A stretch of DNA of 64,000 bases from Geosiphon pyriformis uo1 (taxonomy: Eukaryota > Fungi > Glomeromycota), in assembly GCA_016748015.1 (NCBI GenBank), contig JAAOMT010000003.1, positions 624,373 to 688,372 on the forward strand, given 5' to 3'. The notes beneath the pieces are model-generated. The model worked only from the letters and a program-made list of their open reading frames with translations. It did not search any database and was not told the origin of the DNA. A program made the translations under genes and the position numbers. Within the stretch, counting starts at the first letter, position 1, and every line of letters starts with the position of its first letter. Below are positions 1 through 13,626 of this stretch, piece after piece.

Positions 1-3000
1 ATGTTTTTTGACTTTTCTCTATATGACTAACAGATTCTTTTTTAAAATAGTCTGATGAATATGTTCCTTTTTGATCCAGCACTTACAGTGAAAATTAGGA
101 CCAAACATACCCATATTGAATTTATACATATCTAGTGATATCTAACTGTCTGTAAACAGAGTAACAGTATTAGAAACAAGTATACACTTCAATACCAAAG
201 TAAAGAACAGTAAACTAAGAACTTTCATGCTAATATTCATGTCAGCTTTTGAAAAATAAGCTGTAGTATTACCACAGACATTAATAGACCCTAAATTTTT
301 GACAGAACCATCAGTATAAACATCAATAGAGCCATGTTTAAAAGCAAATAAATGCTCAGAAACAAAACCAACATTACAAAGAAAGTCAGTGAGAGTAAGA
401 TGAAACACCATAGTCACACTATTACTCAAGCCACTATTTATGACAAAATCAGTAATAGAAACAAACCAGGCAAGAATTGGACCTCTAAGGTCAAGCCTCT
501 TTCATCTGTAAAAAGTATTCCAAGTAAAGCATTTGTCATAATAATCCAGGAGTTGGTTAGCAAAAATAAGACCAAATTTTTTAAAAAAAGTCCTCACATC
601 CAGATAACTACTTAGACCCAGCATGTCTAAGATTGGCACACTAGTTCTAGCCCAAAAAACATTAAAAAAAACACCATCCAAGGAAGTATTGCACAAAGCA
701 AAAGTATGTGTAGCACTAGCCAGAAAACAATTTATAGGATTAATAAATAACTTAACCAGAAAACAGAAAGGATGCTGAGGCATTCAGCTAGTCATCTGCA
801 AATTTATTGCTCTATAATTAAAAAATCTGTTAAGAATTCTACCAGCATTGCTAAAATTGACCAGATTGGCTATCAAATTCTCAGTAAACATCTGCTTAAA
901 AAACTTTAGACCATATAACTCAAGATAATGCAGTGCTTTACTAGAAAAGTTTTTAGACAAATTTGTCTTGAATTTAAGCCCCTTTCTCAACAATTTGTTC
1001 TATTTCTCACAAATATTCTTAGAGACAAAGCTAAATTAAAGTCTGTAATTAACAATAGGCTGCAAAACAGCAAAAACCAAATACAAAAATTGCTTCTTAG
1101 TAATGGCCTTCCTTAAAACCACATTCGAAAAAAATTTAACATTGATATAAGTCTTGGCTAAATTTGGCTTGGACAAGCCATCAGTTAACAAAAAAATTCC
1201 CAAATACTGATGAAACTTGCTTCTTTCTGTCACCAAAATTCTTGAACCACTAATAGACAGTGCAGCTTCTCAAACATCTTGATTGATAGAAATAGCAACT
1301 GTTTTTTTAGTGTTTATTAAAATGTTATTAATAGAAAAAAATTTACTGGCTATGTCTAAAATGTTCTGTATTATTATTAAGCAGTTTTCAATCCAGATTG
1401 TGTTATTCACAAAGGCTCTGCAGCAAAAAATAAAGTCATATTATTACTCAGGTCAGATTTGCCAAACTTTGTGTAGAACTTTGAACACATTCTGTAACCA
1501 TACAATTGTTTATGTTTTTTGACCTCACAGAGTAACAGGTCATAGAAAATTTGTCATAGTAATGATAAGAAAATCTCTTCTTAATCTGGATCATCATGTA
1601 CAACATAACTATTAAACAGACCAAAATCTATCATAATCTAATTGAACCTATTATTGTGTATACTACCAAAAAAGTTAATAAAATGGGAACATATTTTGAT
1701 TCTGACTAAACTATTGAGCAAATGAGACCATTCAAAAGAATCATAAACTTTGTGCATATTCTGAAGAACTAACCACAATTCTTTGTTTTTCTCCAAGGCA
1801 TCCTCAATAATTGAGCCAACAGCAAAAATTGGGGTTTGTGTAGAAGTGCTCTTTAATACTAAAAAATTGTTATCATGCAAAATGTCAAACTTGTTGCAAG
1901 CCAAAAAAATTTTGTCTGAAAAAATTTTAGACAAAATTTTTCATGTAGTCTCAATTAGCACTATTGGCCTAGTATTGGTAAAAGTACTCTTTCTATTGTA
2001 TAGTTTAGGAATCATGGAAACCCAGAACTTCTTTTATTGTACAGAAACTCTTTTTAATTTTAAATACTTATTGAAAATACTTAAAAGGTCATTAAAAACT
2101 AGAAAATTACTATGTTTTCAAAGTTTATTAAGAATACTAGAAAGCCCAGCAGTTTTCTCATTAGACAAGTTCTTAACAATCTACAAAAGTTTATCTATAT
2201 TAATATTATACATAATCTCTAAGAATGTTTCATCATTGATGTAATCTAAGGAAGCATATTAATCAGACTAACAACTTGACAGAACACCAGAAACTAAGCA
2301 CTTCTTTATCCAATTCTTCATTATTGTATCAATTAAAAACTTAACAGCCTGAGACTTTAGAATAAACTTATTATTAACAATCAAATAATCAAGAACCACT
2401 TTTCTAAAAAGCCAGTTTAGAATGCTTTTTATCATACTCTTCTTATTCAAACAAAAATTTTTCATGCATTTTTCCACAGCCTTTCTGATAGAATTATCTC
2501 TGACAATCTTAGATTTGTAATACTTAGACTTATAATAATCTTTCTTAACAACCAAGATGTGATGCAAAATATCCTCAACTCTGGCACTTTTATTGATTAT
2601 TAGACAAACTTTGGACACTTTTTTTTTATCCATGCCTACCTAAATACCTACAAGACAGTTAATTTCCAAGCTTAGATCTGAATTTACACTATTAACAGTT
2701 TTGGACATCAGTAACTTCAACCTATAAAATTTTAAAGATAGCTTATTCCTTGCATAATTAAACTTACTGAACCAGAGTTTGAAAAAAATTTCATCAGCAG
2801 AATCAACCATCATCTTTTTAAGAATTTTTCATATTATGTTCAAATTACTACTGTGTTTTGCAGCATGAAATTCAACTAACTTCCTCAAAAATTTGCCTAA
2901 AAAACACTCCATAAAACATTTCTATTCATTAATATTCATGTCTTTTAATTTGAATTTTCATTGATCTTTATTAGCATATTTGTGTATGCCACCTAATTGA

Positions 3001-3634
3001 ACATTCAAAAAACCACCTAAGTCTACCAAAATTAAAACAGCTTTGTGATCAGTATCAAAAAACTCAGACATGGATCTAATTTTATAATTGGTCACAGCCA
3101 AGATTAGGCCTTTACTAACAAAAACATAATCAATAACTTTTTTAATGTTTCTTGAGTTGCTTTATGTAGAAGCTTCACCAAAAAAATTGACCAAATTCAA
3201 ACCCAAACAGAATTCAAAACTTGCATTCTTTCTAGATCTGTTTTCATTAAAATCACTACTCAAAACAACAAAGTTACTGGAATTAACCATTCGAACTATG
3301 AAAGAATTTATATCTGAAATCTGGCCAAATCTGTTACCAGAAGAAACACTAGTATATAAACCAATAATTGAAACCAAAACATTGTTTTTAAAAAGAAAAT
3401 GCACTGAAACAATGTAACCAGGAACCTCTTCTATCTTGAAGACATGCTGAGCTAAAGAATTATTCATGATTATTGCTATTTCAGCCCCAAGAAAACCATT
3501 ATCCTCAATTTTGTTTCTGTAACAATAAATACCATATTTCTCAAATCTTTGTGCCAACAAACAATGTCTTTCTGTTTTGTAGAAACATTGATATCTTGAA
3601 CATTGCACATAGCAAATTTCTATATCAGATCTAT
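1..3634 (-). pseudogene. LINE ORF2 remnant (APE endonuclease, reverse transcriptase, RNase H)
   Basis: Motifs as above, broken by stops and frameshifts. A short deletion near 3500-3510 removes part of the endonuclease N-terminus relative to the other copies. Confidence 0.9.
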
Positions 3635-5477
3635 TAATGAGAAGTATAAAAGGTAGGAGCCAAACCAGCATTGTTTATTTTGGCTAACAAATTCATGACT
3701 ATAACTGATAAACTGTTTACTGTGTTTTTCAACTTTGTTATAACAGAAAGATCAAAAACCACCACTTTTACAATAGTCTTACCATTAGTGATCACACCTG
3801 AATCCTCACTTATTATTATATCTGCTTTTTAATTCTGTAATAAAGAGGTTACCAATGGCTGATATCTAAGGTTAGGCTAAAAAACTGCTGGTTCAGATGT
3901 GTCTAATCTCTTAGCCAACTTGTCAATGTATTTCACAAGACTGGCAAGACTACACTTAAGAGCAGCAAACCTATTATTCAATTCTATAGACAACAGTAGA
4001 GTAGATTTCATTTCTGAAGAAAAACCAAAGTCAACCAAGTTATTTTATACAGAAAAAGAAGAAAAGAAAAACCCACCAACAATCTTGATCCAAGAAACAC
4101 CACCAAAAAAAACAGGACAGACAATTGGTGCTAAACATTTAGCATAAATAGATACCAGTCTGCTTTTATTCATTTTCAACAACACTTTGCAAAATAGGCC
4201 ACCAGAAAAAATTTTTTCATTTACAGAACAGTCCAATATATGACCCAATTTATTACATTTTGCATACTTAGCAGAATCCAGATAAGACCAGTGCAAATTA
4301 ACACCCCTTAAAACAGGTATGGTTCCCATAACAGCATCTAATGATTTAGTCAAGTTAAAACAAACAACAATACATCTGGCTTGGGCATATGTAACAAAGT
4401 AACAATTAATAACACATGTTTTCTTATCTATAGAACCAATAAAGTTTCAAATATTATGAGCATTGGTACTTGTTGGCAGTGTATGGAGCAGTGTATGGAG
4501 CAGTGTCTTATGTTGATCTCTTGAATCCTATGTTTCTTTGTCCAAATTAGCCTTAGCTGCTCATACAGCATCTTTCCTAATTAAGATAAACCATCCAGAG
4601 ACAACCAAATTAACTTGATCAATCTGCTCAAATTTTACCACAGTCTTTTGCCAAAGACCAACTAACTGCATTTTAATCAACACAATAATACCAAATTCAG
4701 ATAGTACAGCATGTACAGTCTCAGTCAATATTCCAATAGGAATCTTCTTTAACACCACAATCCAATCTGAATGCACAAAAAATTTTTTCAGATCAGTGTT
4801 TACCAGTATATTTGCAGCTCTTGTCTTTTCCATAGCCTGTGCCAAACTCAATTCAGAAGTAAAGAAGACATAGATGATTCCAACAAATTTTAAGGGAGTA
4901 AAGACCTTCTCTCAAAACCATTAACTTTCGAAAATAATTTTCTAACTACCACTAGCTTCTCATGAGAAAATTTTCCAACCACTTTGTTCAAGCCAATATC
5001 TAAAATGAATGATTTTCTAATCAAAACATCAACCAAAATCTTCAAAAAAGGAGGGAAAACCAGAGAGGCATCCAATAAGATATTATTATTATTACTATTA
5101 CTCAAAAAATTAATTTTGCTCAAAGACTTTTTTAGAGCTTTTTTGGTCTTAATACATGAACTCTTTGGCATTTGGTCAGTATCTTTGCCATCAATAGTGG
5201 CCTTATTACTATAGTCAAAGCTAGTTTCTTCAATTAGACACTTCTCTTCCATGTTAACACTGTCAGATTTAATAGTATCATTAGCTTCCAAATCTTAAGA
5301 ATAACTACCCACCACTTTGACATGAACTTCTTTAGCATTAATGTTATTTTTCAAAGCACCACTTCTTCTCTTTTTCCTTAGAAACACAGATTTGAAACCA
5401 TTACTTAAACCAGAATTTTTAATAGCCTTCTTCATAATAGAAATATTAGGGCCAACAGTAGTCTTGTAATCAAGCAA
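3634..5477 (-). pseudogene. LINE ORF1 remnant (RRM-like segments, CCHC-type knuckle, coiled coil), type A
   Basis: Fragments 5295-5477, 4890-5291, 4561-4851 and 4045-4353 align with ORF1 of LINE copy 2 (..LDY(K/E)T(T/I)VG.., VVRKLFSK(V/I)NGF, AKCNKLGH). Confidence 0.88.
4476..4506. repeat. 12-bp tandem duplication (GCAGTGTATGGA x2.5) inside LINE ORF1
   Basis: Read directly. The homologous site in LINE copy 2 (~21050) has a single unit. Confidence 0.85.
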
Positions 5478-6664
5478 AAATGGTTTTGATTTATTATACT
5501 AAATAATAAAAAACTTTTTTCAAAAAACTTTTTGACTTTTTTTGGGAATTTTGAGATGAAAAAGAGAAAGAAATTTTTATTTTTATTTTTATTTTTTTTT
5601 AAATTTAATAAGTTCTGAATAATTAAATTTAAATAATTAAATCTTAAATTGTTTTTAAAATTTAAATTATAATAAATTTTAAGATTAGATTTTTTTGAAA
5701 TTTTTGAAATTTTTGTTTTTTTCTAAATTAATATATTTTTAGTTGTTAATTAAGCTATAATATGATAATAGTAATAAAAATCAAAAAAATAAAGATATAA
5801 ATAATTGTAATTTAAAATTTTCAATAAATTAGTGCTTTTAAAGTTAGTTTAAAATAGAAATTATATGTTTTTTGACTTTGTAATAAACAATAACAATGTT
5901 TTTTTTGTTGAAATTTGAATTGTATATAATAGTATAAAAGATTTACTAATAAGATAATTTTTAGTTTTTTTTAACTAAGTAATTAATTTTTTTTTAAAAT
6001 AATTACAAAAATTTATAATTTGTTTTTTTTTGTTTTTAAAGTTATTAAAATTTTTTTTTAAGTATATAATTTAATTTTATAATTTATTTTTACAATTATT
6101 AATGCAAAATTGTAGTTTTAAAAAAAATTAATATGTTATAATAATTTTTTTGGTGTTTTTGGATTTTTTGTTTTTTTTTAAAAATATATAATCTTTTTGT
6201 TAATATAAAAATTAAAAGCTAATTTAGTTAAAAAACTGTTATTAATTAAATTTTAAATATTTTTAATAGTATTATAATAAAATTTTTAAATAATTTGTTT
6301 TTGTAATATTTAATTTTATTACTTTTACTTTTTTATAAATTTTTTTTTACAAAAAACACTAAATATTATAAGTAATTAAATAATATATTAATTTATAAAT
6401 AACTATTATAAGTTTATTAAGTAATTTAAAAATTTTGGTATTTAAAAGTTTTAATTAATTGAGTTTTTTATATAATAAAAAAAATTTTTAATAATAGTTA
6501 ACAATATTTAATATATAAATTTATTTTAGTGTTTTTAATTTTTTTAAAAAATAATTTAATAAAATAATTTTATATTTATTTTTGTATTTTTTACCAAACA
6601 ATTATTAATATTATAATTTTTGTGTTTTTTAATTAATTAATAAAACAACACAAAACAAACACAA

Positions 6665-6693
6665 AATAAATAAATAAATAAATAATAAATAAA
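6665..6693. repeat. (TAAA)n microsatellite
   Basis: aataaataaataaataaataataaataaa. Confidence 0.7.
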
Positions 6694-7616
6694 AATTAAT
6701 ATTTTATTAATAATTATAATTAAAAGCTTAAATAAAAAACTATTAACAAAATAAGTTATTATTTTAGTATTATAATTTTAAATAAATATTATTAGTATTA
6801 AATTTCTAACTGCTAAAATTATTTAATAAAAATCTAATAAAAAAATTTTTTTTTTGGAATTTTTATTATTATATTATCTAATAATTTCTAATAGATAATT
6901 GGTTAATTTATACAATATTTAATTATTAATTATTTCTTTATATTTACTTTATAAATAATAATGCTTTTATAAATATAAATAGACATAAATTTTTTTTCTT
7001 ATATTAAAACAAGTCTTTACTTTAACTTTGTTTATATTTAAACTATTAACAAAAAAGTTTATTAAGTTTATTACTATAAATAAAAGTATATCAAAATTTT
7101 TTTACAAAAAAAACAAAATAAAAAAAAAAATTTTTCAAGTTTTTTTGGTTTTTATTATAATTAGTAATTAATAAATAAAAAAGTTTTTTATTAATTAATA
7201 AAAGTATTTAAATATAAATAATTAAATTTGGTTTTAATCTTTTAAATAAATTAATATTAATTACAAAATAATTAATAATTTTATTTTTTTATTTTTTTGA
7301 ATTTACAATTTTAATAATTAGTAATATTATTTTTTTTAAAAAATTGTTTTTTTTATTTTTTTGGTTATTTAAACAAAAATAATAAAATAGCTTAACTATT
7401 ATTAAAATTAAATTTTCAACTTTTTATAATAATATTATTATTATTAAAACTGGTTTAATTAGTTACTTAAAAGTAACTTTAAATGTAATTGTATTAAGAA
7501 AAACTATAAAAATAGAATTTGCTTTTTTTTTGTTTTTTTATTAGTAAAACAGCTAAACAAAAAATTGTAAAAACATTTTTCTTAAATAATTACTTTTTAA
7601 ATGGTCCAAAAAAAAA

Positions 7617-9894
7617 GCTCTTTGTCTCCTTAATTTTATGACCACAACCAGAGCAAAGAGTAAAAAAGCTGTACTTGATATCTGTCCTGAGATATCTAAT
7701 AAAATTTCAACCAGAGAAGCTCTCTCTGTTGTAGAAACAACTAGGCAAAATGTTTTAGAAGTCTTCTCTTTACCCAGTAATCGTGATAAGCTGCCTTTAG
7801 TAGCCACTAAAGCAATTTTCTCATCTTTGGCTGGTTTCTCATCAGTCAAAGTTCCCTCAAAGAAACACACTTGGGTTAGTCTCAGTATTGCCTCCATTCC
7901 GACTAAGAGCCCAAAAGTTTTTAATAATAGACCAGTAAATAAGCTGGTTTTCCCCTCCATAGATTCAACACTTGGTGCTGTTAGCACTATCTCTTCAAAA
8001 AAAATGATCAAAAAGACCAAAAGTTTAGAAAAGTGGGAGCAGTCACTTGTCTCTGTTATTGTTACACCAAACCCCTTTGTGGTTCCCAATGAAATCTTAG
8101 ATGAGATTTCCATAGCATCATTCAGCACATTGTCCAAAATGGGCCAAGATTAACCACTGGCTGTGTTGCCAAATGTGGTGTTTTCCAGCAGATCATCACC
8201 AGTTTTAGAAGCAAATCAATCTTCTCCTGTTGGGTCACTTGTTCTTGGGAACTGGGCTGATCAAATGGAAACTGAATCATCTTCTTCTCTAGTTTCTGGT
8301 ACTCCTTCTGGTAGTACTTGGGAAACTATTACTAGTCATCAAAAGTTTGCTGAGTAGGTGGCCTCTATTCTGGTGTTTGATGCTACTTTTAAGATCAAAT
8401 TGGCTTATGTTAAGGCTGTTTTTCAGTCTGTACATGGTTTCTTAGGTGCTAAATCTGTTTTAAAAGACAATATGAAGCTTTTCTGTATGGAGTTTGCTTC
8501 TCAACAATCTTTGAAAGCTGTATTTCTGGTTGAGTTTACAAGCTCTGTTCATTTGACCACTTTCAAAATTGCCAAGTCTTTGGTGGTTTCTGAATCTATT
8601 TCTCTTTCTGCTGCTGTTGTACTGTAAAATGTGCTCTTGGGTGTGTCTACTGCTAACATTAAGACAGCTCTCAGTATGTTTGGTAGTGTTGCTCATGTTG
8701 TGCTGAAGCCTGCTGGCATTTGGCAGTATGTAGTGGTTTATTTTGAAAAGTTGGACTCTGCTGTGTCTGTTTCGAATTATTGGTCAGTTTTGATGGGCAA
8801 GGATAGTGTTAGAATCTTCCCTTTGGTGAATCAAAATAAGACTATTTTGTCTTGTGATATGTTTAAAGCCAAGTTGGTCAATCTCCCTTCTGGTTGTACT
8901 GCCTTTGAGATTAGTGATATGATCTCTTAGATTGGTGGCTGGACATGTTTTATTCTTCATTTACCCGATTCTGGTCATCATTCCCAGTTTGCTCTGGTTA
9001 CGTTTGGTTCCCGAGTTGATTTGGATTCTGCAATCATTAAAACTGGTATCTTAAGAAAATGCCGTATTTGGTAGGAAACTCCTGATTGTCGGCAATGCTT
9101 CAGGTGTCAAAAAGTGGGCCATTTGGCTGTTGATTGCAAAGTTTCTCTGCCTCTCCTTCCTAAGGCTCCCAAGATGTTCAAACCACATTTTGTTGGTTTT
9201 TTGTCTTATGCTAAGACATCTGCTTTTTCTGTTATGTCTGAATTTTTTCCTTTGGTGGCTTTCGTCCCTTTTGTGGCTGTTGTTGATCCTACTGTTGGGT
9301 CCAGATTAGACTCTTTGGAAAAGCAAATTTCAGATTTGGCTGCCTTGGTAAAATCTATTATTGAGCCTATTGGCTCTTTGGTTGCCTTGATATCTCGTCT
9401 CTTTGATAATAATGTTGTTAAGACTGTGCAGTTAGAAAAAGATCTCCTTTCTATAAAATATGCTTCTAACAATTTTGTCAATCTTCTGGTTGGTGTGTCT
9501 AAAGACATTGTTTGTCTTAGATCTGAAGTTGACTTTGGTGGCATGAATTATGATGATATACAGGCCACCAAACCTTCTTTTTTGAGTGAAAACACTGTTG
9601 AGCATGTTGTTGCTTTGTGGCAGATGTCAGGTGCTAAGGTTAGGAGTAGTATTAAATTTACTAGATTGTTTCTTAATGAGTTTATTTTTGATTCTAGGAA
9701 TCTGAATGATATTATTGAAAAAATTCATGGGTTGGAGTTATTCTCACCTCCTATTGTTTCAGCGTAGTGTGTTCTTAACTGGTCCGAGTGGCTGATTACA
9801 TGTAGAAAACGCATGATTAGCACTTAATTTAGATTGATTCTTTGATGTATTGTTTTAGGTAGCTTTTGGGCCTCACTCGTTAAAAATAAAAAAA
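7617..9894 (+). mobile_element. ORF1-only non-autonomous LINE derivative (HAL1-like), copy 1
   Basis: About 21 nt of 5' leader, one 2130-nt ORF1 frame, then directly the LINE-type 3' UTR (tgtgttcttaactggtccgagtggctgattacatgtag...cctcactcgtt) and an A-rich tail. Near-TSD ggtc(c/a)aaaaaaa at 7603 and 9895. Confidence 0.88.
7638..9767 (+). pseudogene. ORF1-type protein (about 709 aa; three RRM-like segments, CX2CX4HX4C knuckle CFRCQKVGHLAVDC, coiled-coil C-terminus) with in-frame stops
   Basis: ORF pieces starting at 7638, 8163, 8358, 8631 and 9114 are all in one frame. The interruptions are point-mutation stops, mostly explicable as CAR/TGG transitions. Confidence 0.88.
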
Positions 9895-10356
9895 GGTCAA
9901 AAAAAACAATTATTAACATTAATAATTATAGCAACAGCAAAAATTTTTAAATTTTTAAAAAAAGTTTTTCTTTTAACAACAGTTCTGTTTTTTTTTGAAT
10001 GATTATTTATTTTAAAAAAGAATATTATAATACCAAATATGCTATATAAAGGAATTTTGAATTTCAATGTTGGCCAATAAGATTTCATTTTTTGTCAATT
10101 GATTCTAAGGAGCTACAAAACAGAAATTTAAGAAAAATGCCACAATATATTAGCCCTTGACTCCCCTTTTCAGCCTAAGCTTAAGCAAAACGACTTGTAT
10201 CTCCTAGGTATACTTGTTAAAAATCAAAGCATTGCAGTTAAAGAAAGCTTTTACTTTATGTGATTTAGAAGAACTCTCAAATAGAAAAAGCCAATACTTT
10301 TCTTTCAAGGCCTGAACAGGTTTATTACTTTAGAAAGTCAGTGAGGAAACTTAAAG

Positions 10357-10905
10357 ATGCGTATTTCTTTGGTACTTGCACCGCTTTTGCTTTTACTCGC
10401 TCCACTCATACTGGTTGTGATGGCTTCGTTTACAACCTTCGCAGTTGTTACCTCTCTCTTAGCCCTGACTGTTGTTTCGGTTCGTCTCGGTTTTTTTGCC
10501 GTTGAATTCTCGGGTGGTGTGTTACTGTATGTCATCAGGTGGAGCTTGCGAAAGTCTGCAAAACCGGAAGAGAAATTTACCGTAAATCATGACAAAGGTT
10601 TAAATAACATCAATTCTAGTCTTCACAAACGAGAACCAAATCAAAAGCAACACAATCAATCTTCAAAAAAATATTCTCAGCACGTTTCCTACCCTCAAAA
10701 GCAACAACAACAGCGTAAAAATAGTCAATTATATCGTGCCGCAGCTACTAAGGTCAACATGTGGGATGCCAATAATTTTTCGGGAAATTTTGATTTAGAT
10801 CAAAATATTAGAGATGAACTGGCTATGGGGGAAGACTATTTTATGCTTACCGATGGGATCAACACAAAACGTCCGTTTAGTAGAAGGTCAAGGAGCTATG
10901 TTTGA
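10357..10905 (+). CDS. Host hypothetical membrane protein (long N-terminal hydrophobic segment, basic/Gln-rich disordered tail), 182 aa
   Basis: Intact ATG-TGA ORF with normal CpG content, unlike the flanking repeats. Residues ~3-62 are hydrophobic. It resembles a fungal family of small uncharacterised membrane proteins (from recollection, not searched). Confidence 0.75.
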   Translation: MRISLVLAPLLLLLAPLILVVMASFTTFAVVTSLLALTVVSVRLGFFAVEFSGGVLLYVIRWSLRKSAKPEEKFTVNHDKGLNNINSSLHKREPNQKQHNQSSKKYSQHVSYPQKQQQQRKNSQLYRAAATKVNMWDANNFSGNFDLDQNIRDELAMGEDYFMLTDGINTKRPFSRRSRSYV

Positions 10906-11361
10906 TTGAGCTAGACTGCATACATATACATACATTCATTTCTTTCTTCACCTGGCGTGTGGCGCTTAGTTTACAACTGAGAAACATTCCCAAGTTTGGA
11001 TGAATGATTAAATAATATTTAATGAAAGACACTTATTACTTTGCATTTTGCATATTTCTTTTTTAATGATGAAAGCGGCAAGTTATTCACTTTGCAATGC
11101 TTTTTATAGACCTTCATACAACAGAACAATATAACGTTCTTCAATCATCATTCATAAGCAAGAGAATCTTCCGAGGAATTTGCTCTATTACAAATCGGTT
11201 AAATAAATCTAATATCCTAGTGTTATTGTGGAAGTATTATAAAATATATATTTTATGAGACCACTTAACATATAGAGAAAGCAAAACCGTGACGTCATTC
11301 CATCTTTTTTGAAGATCACTGTAAAAGACTAAGCGAAAATAAATACACCTGACTTCTCAAA

Positions 11362-11730
11362 ATGTTAATACTATCATCTTCACAATTTCTGCTACCAAGA
11401 AAGGTTACTTCTATGCCTGTGTCTAGCGCAAAACAAAAAGAGGATCTCAAGCAACAAAAACAAATCTCAATTTTTTTTCAACCTATGAATTCTTCAGTGA
11501 TAACGGGTCAGGTATTAATATCAAATGATTGGAAACAAAAAAGCTGCAGAATGGTAAAAATTGTTTTTATCTATCATGTTAGACTTTGTCAATTTGCCTT
11601 TGACTTCTTTTAAAATGTCTTTTTTCTTTATTCTGTTGATAAGCATTAACATAATTTTGTCATTAATACAGGTTGTATTTGTTGTATGCTAGAAGAAAAG
11701 CTGCATATTATCAATGAAAATATTAAAACA
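11362..11730 (+). other. Possible first exon(s) of a host gene or gene remnant truncated by the repeat desert
   Basis: Non-degenerate composition. ATG at 11362, possible donor cag|gtatta at ~11511, acceptor ..aatacag at ~11671, donor cag|gtaaag at ~11731. The second exon hits a stop in the obvious frame. Confidence 0.25.
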
Positions 11731-13626
11731 GGTAAAGAGCTTTTTAAGTCAAAAATTAATTAAGCTTTTTTATATATTGTTTTCTTTGCGAGTTTTAAGC
11801 TAAACTAGATATTAAAAATCAAAATCATTAAAACTAATATTTTTTTGTGTAATTAAAGTTTTTTATTTAAAATTTGTAAAGGTTTTAATATTAAAATAAT
11901 AATATATATTGTAACTTTAAAAATTCAAATTTTTAATTATATTTTGAACAATTTCAAAATTTTTTAACTGTTACTAATCATTATAAGTAACTTAAAATTT
12001 TTTAATTTTAAAATTAATTTTTAAAAAGTAATAATAAACAAATTTAAAATATATTTTATAATTTATTTATATTTAAAACAAATAATATTTAATATTTTTA
12101 ATAATTAAAAACCAATAATTAAGCAAATAATTTTTTTAAAAAAAACTTAAAACAAATTTTGATTATTATTAAATATTTTTTAAAGTTTTTACAAACAGCT
12201 TAAAAATATAATTAATAACATATATATGCTAATAAATAAATAATTTTTTTTTGCTAATTAAATTTTGTTTACAGTTATATTAAATTTACTTAAAAACTAT
12301 TTTTTGTAATTTTGTATTTGGTTTAACAAATTATATTTTATATATTTAAATAACAATTTAATAATTTTTTTTATTGTTTTAATAAAGTGTAATTTTTTTA
12401 TTAACGATATTATTTTTTTTAAAATTATTATAAATATAAAACATGTATTTTTAATATGTAATTAGTTATTTAAATTTAAGTTAATAAATACAAAATTGTT
12501 ATAAATTATAAAAAAAAAATTTTGTTATTTTTATAATTATAGCCAAAGCAAAAAATAATAAATTATATTTTCTCTATTATTTGAAACAACTAATAGTATT
12601 TTTATTAGTAAAATATTAACAGTTATTAAATTACTTATTAATATTTTATAAAAACATTTTTTTTAAATAAATAGTTATAAACTAACTTTTTATTAGTTTT
12701 ATTTAAAAGATTTAAAAAACTATTTTTGTTATTATTACTTTTTTTATTTTAACTCATATGATTAAAATAGCCAAAAAAACAATTACTTCTTTTTTTTAAG
12801 TAACTAACTTTTTTAAGATTCTTAAAAATGTTTTTTTTTATGTTTTTTAGCATAATATTAATATTTTGAAACTTTGTTTTTTTTGTAAAAAATAAAATAT
12901 TAATTTTATTTAATTTTTTTAATAATTATACTAATTTTATAGTAATTACATTAATTAAAGTGTTGTTATAATTTAAAAATTTAATAAAAGTTATAAAATA
13001 ATATAAATTATTTAATTATAATATAACATAATAATAATCTTAAAAAAGTAATAATTAATATAAGCAATAATTATCAAATAATATTAACAGTAAATATTAT
13101 CTTGTAAGAGTAATAAATACTATATTAAAATATTAAAAATAAAGTATATATTATAAATTATAAATATATATATATACAATAATTTTAATATTAAAAAAAA
13201 AAATTTTATTTTTAAAAATTTTTGGTTTTTATTATCTATTTTTTACAGTAATTAATCTTTAACAATTACTTTAAAATAAATATTCAAAATAAATTTTTAA
13301 TAAAAAAAAATAAGAAATAATAATTAATTATTACAATAAAAATATTAGAAAAACTTATTTGTACTATTTATTAAATAAAACTGTTATTTATTAACTAAGT
13401 CTTTTAAAAAATAATTTTTAATTAAAATTATTTATATTATTAATAAAAATACTAAAAAATTATTAATATTTTGTATTTTTAAATTAAAAAAACACTTTAG
13501 ATAATTACAAAAATAGCTTTAAAAAAAAATCTTAACAATAGTAAATGAATTTCAAATTAGTCTTTAAAAAAACACACTAATATACAATAACAATTAAAAT
13601 TTAAGAAAAAGTTTATATTATAATAT

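Larger units (their letters stand above)
1..5575 (-). mobile_element. Non-LTR retrotransposon (LINE copy 1), 5'-complete, runs off the left edge; degenerate
   Basis: Minus-strand ORF fragments in LINE order: ORF1 (5477-3634), APE endonuclease (..SSDFNE.., 3162-3671), RT (ELWLVLQNMHKVYDS 1638-1934; YLGIFL 1036-1236), RNase H (VYTDGSV 142-429). A 5' motif shared with the other LINEs lies at ~5530-5575. Confidence 0.93.

Noticed and set aside
5580-7550. AT-rich tract as organellar, endosymbiont or centromeric satellite DNA
   Set aside because: No genes, RNAs or periodic repeat unit are visible. Comparable tracts in this window decode as hypermutated TEs.
7553-8137. Antisense ORFs over TE coding regions (also 9206-9544, 35879-36343, 40121-40495, 1783-2244 and similar)
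   Set aside because: Shadow frames of the retroelement ORFs, with no independent motifs or start context.
7638-9767. Alternative genetic code or stop-codon reassignment explaining the in-frame stops
   Set aside because: Most stops fall at different positions in the two copies and at Gln/Trp-type codons predicted by C>T/G>A decay. Host genes use normal stops.
11362-11613. Cu/Zn-SOD-like secreted protein
   Set aside because: Only a vague strand-like resemblance (FFQPMNSSVITGQV). No metal-ligand motifs and no convincing downstream exons.
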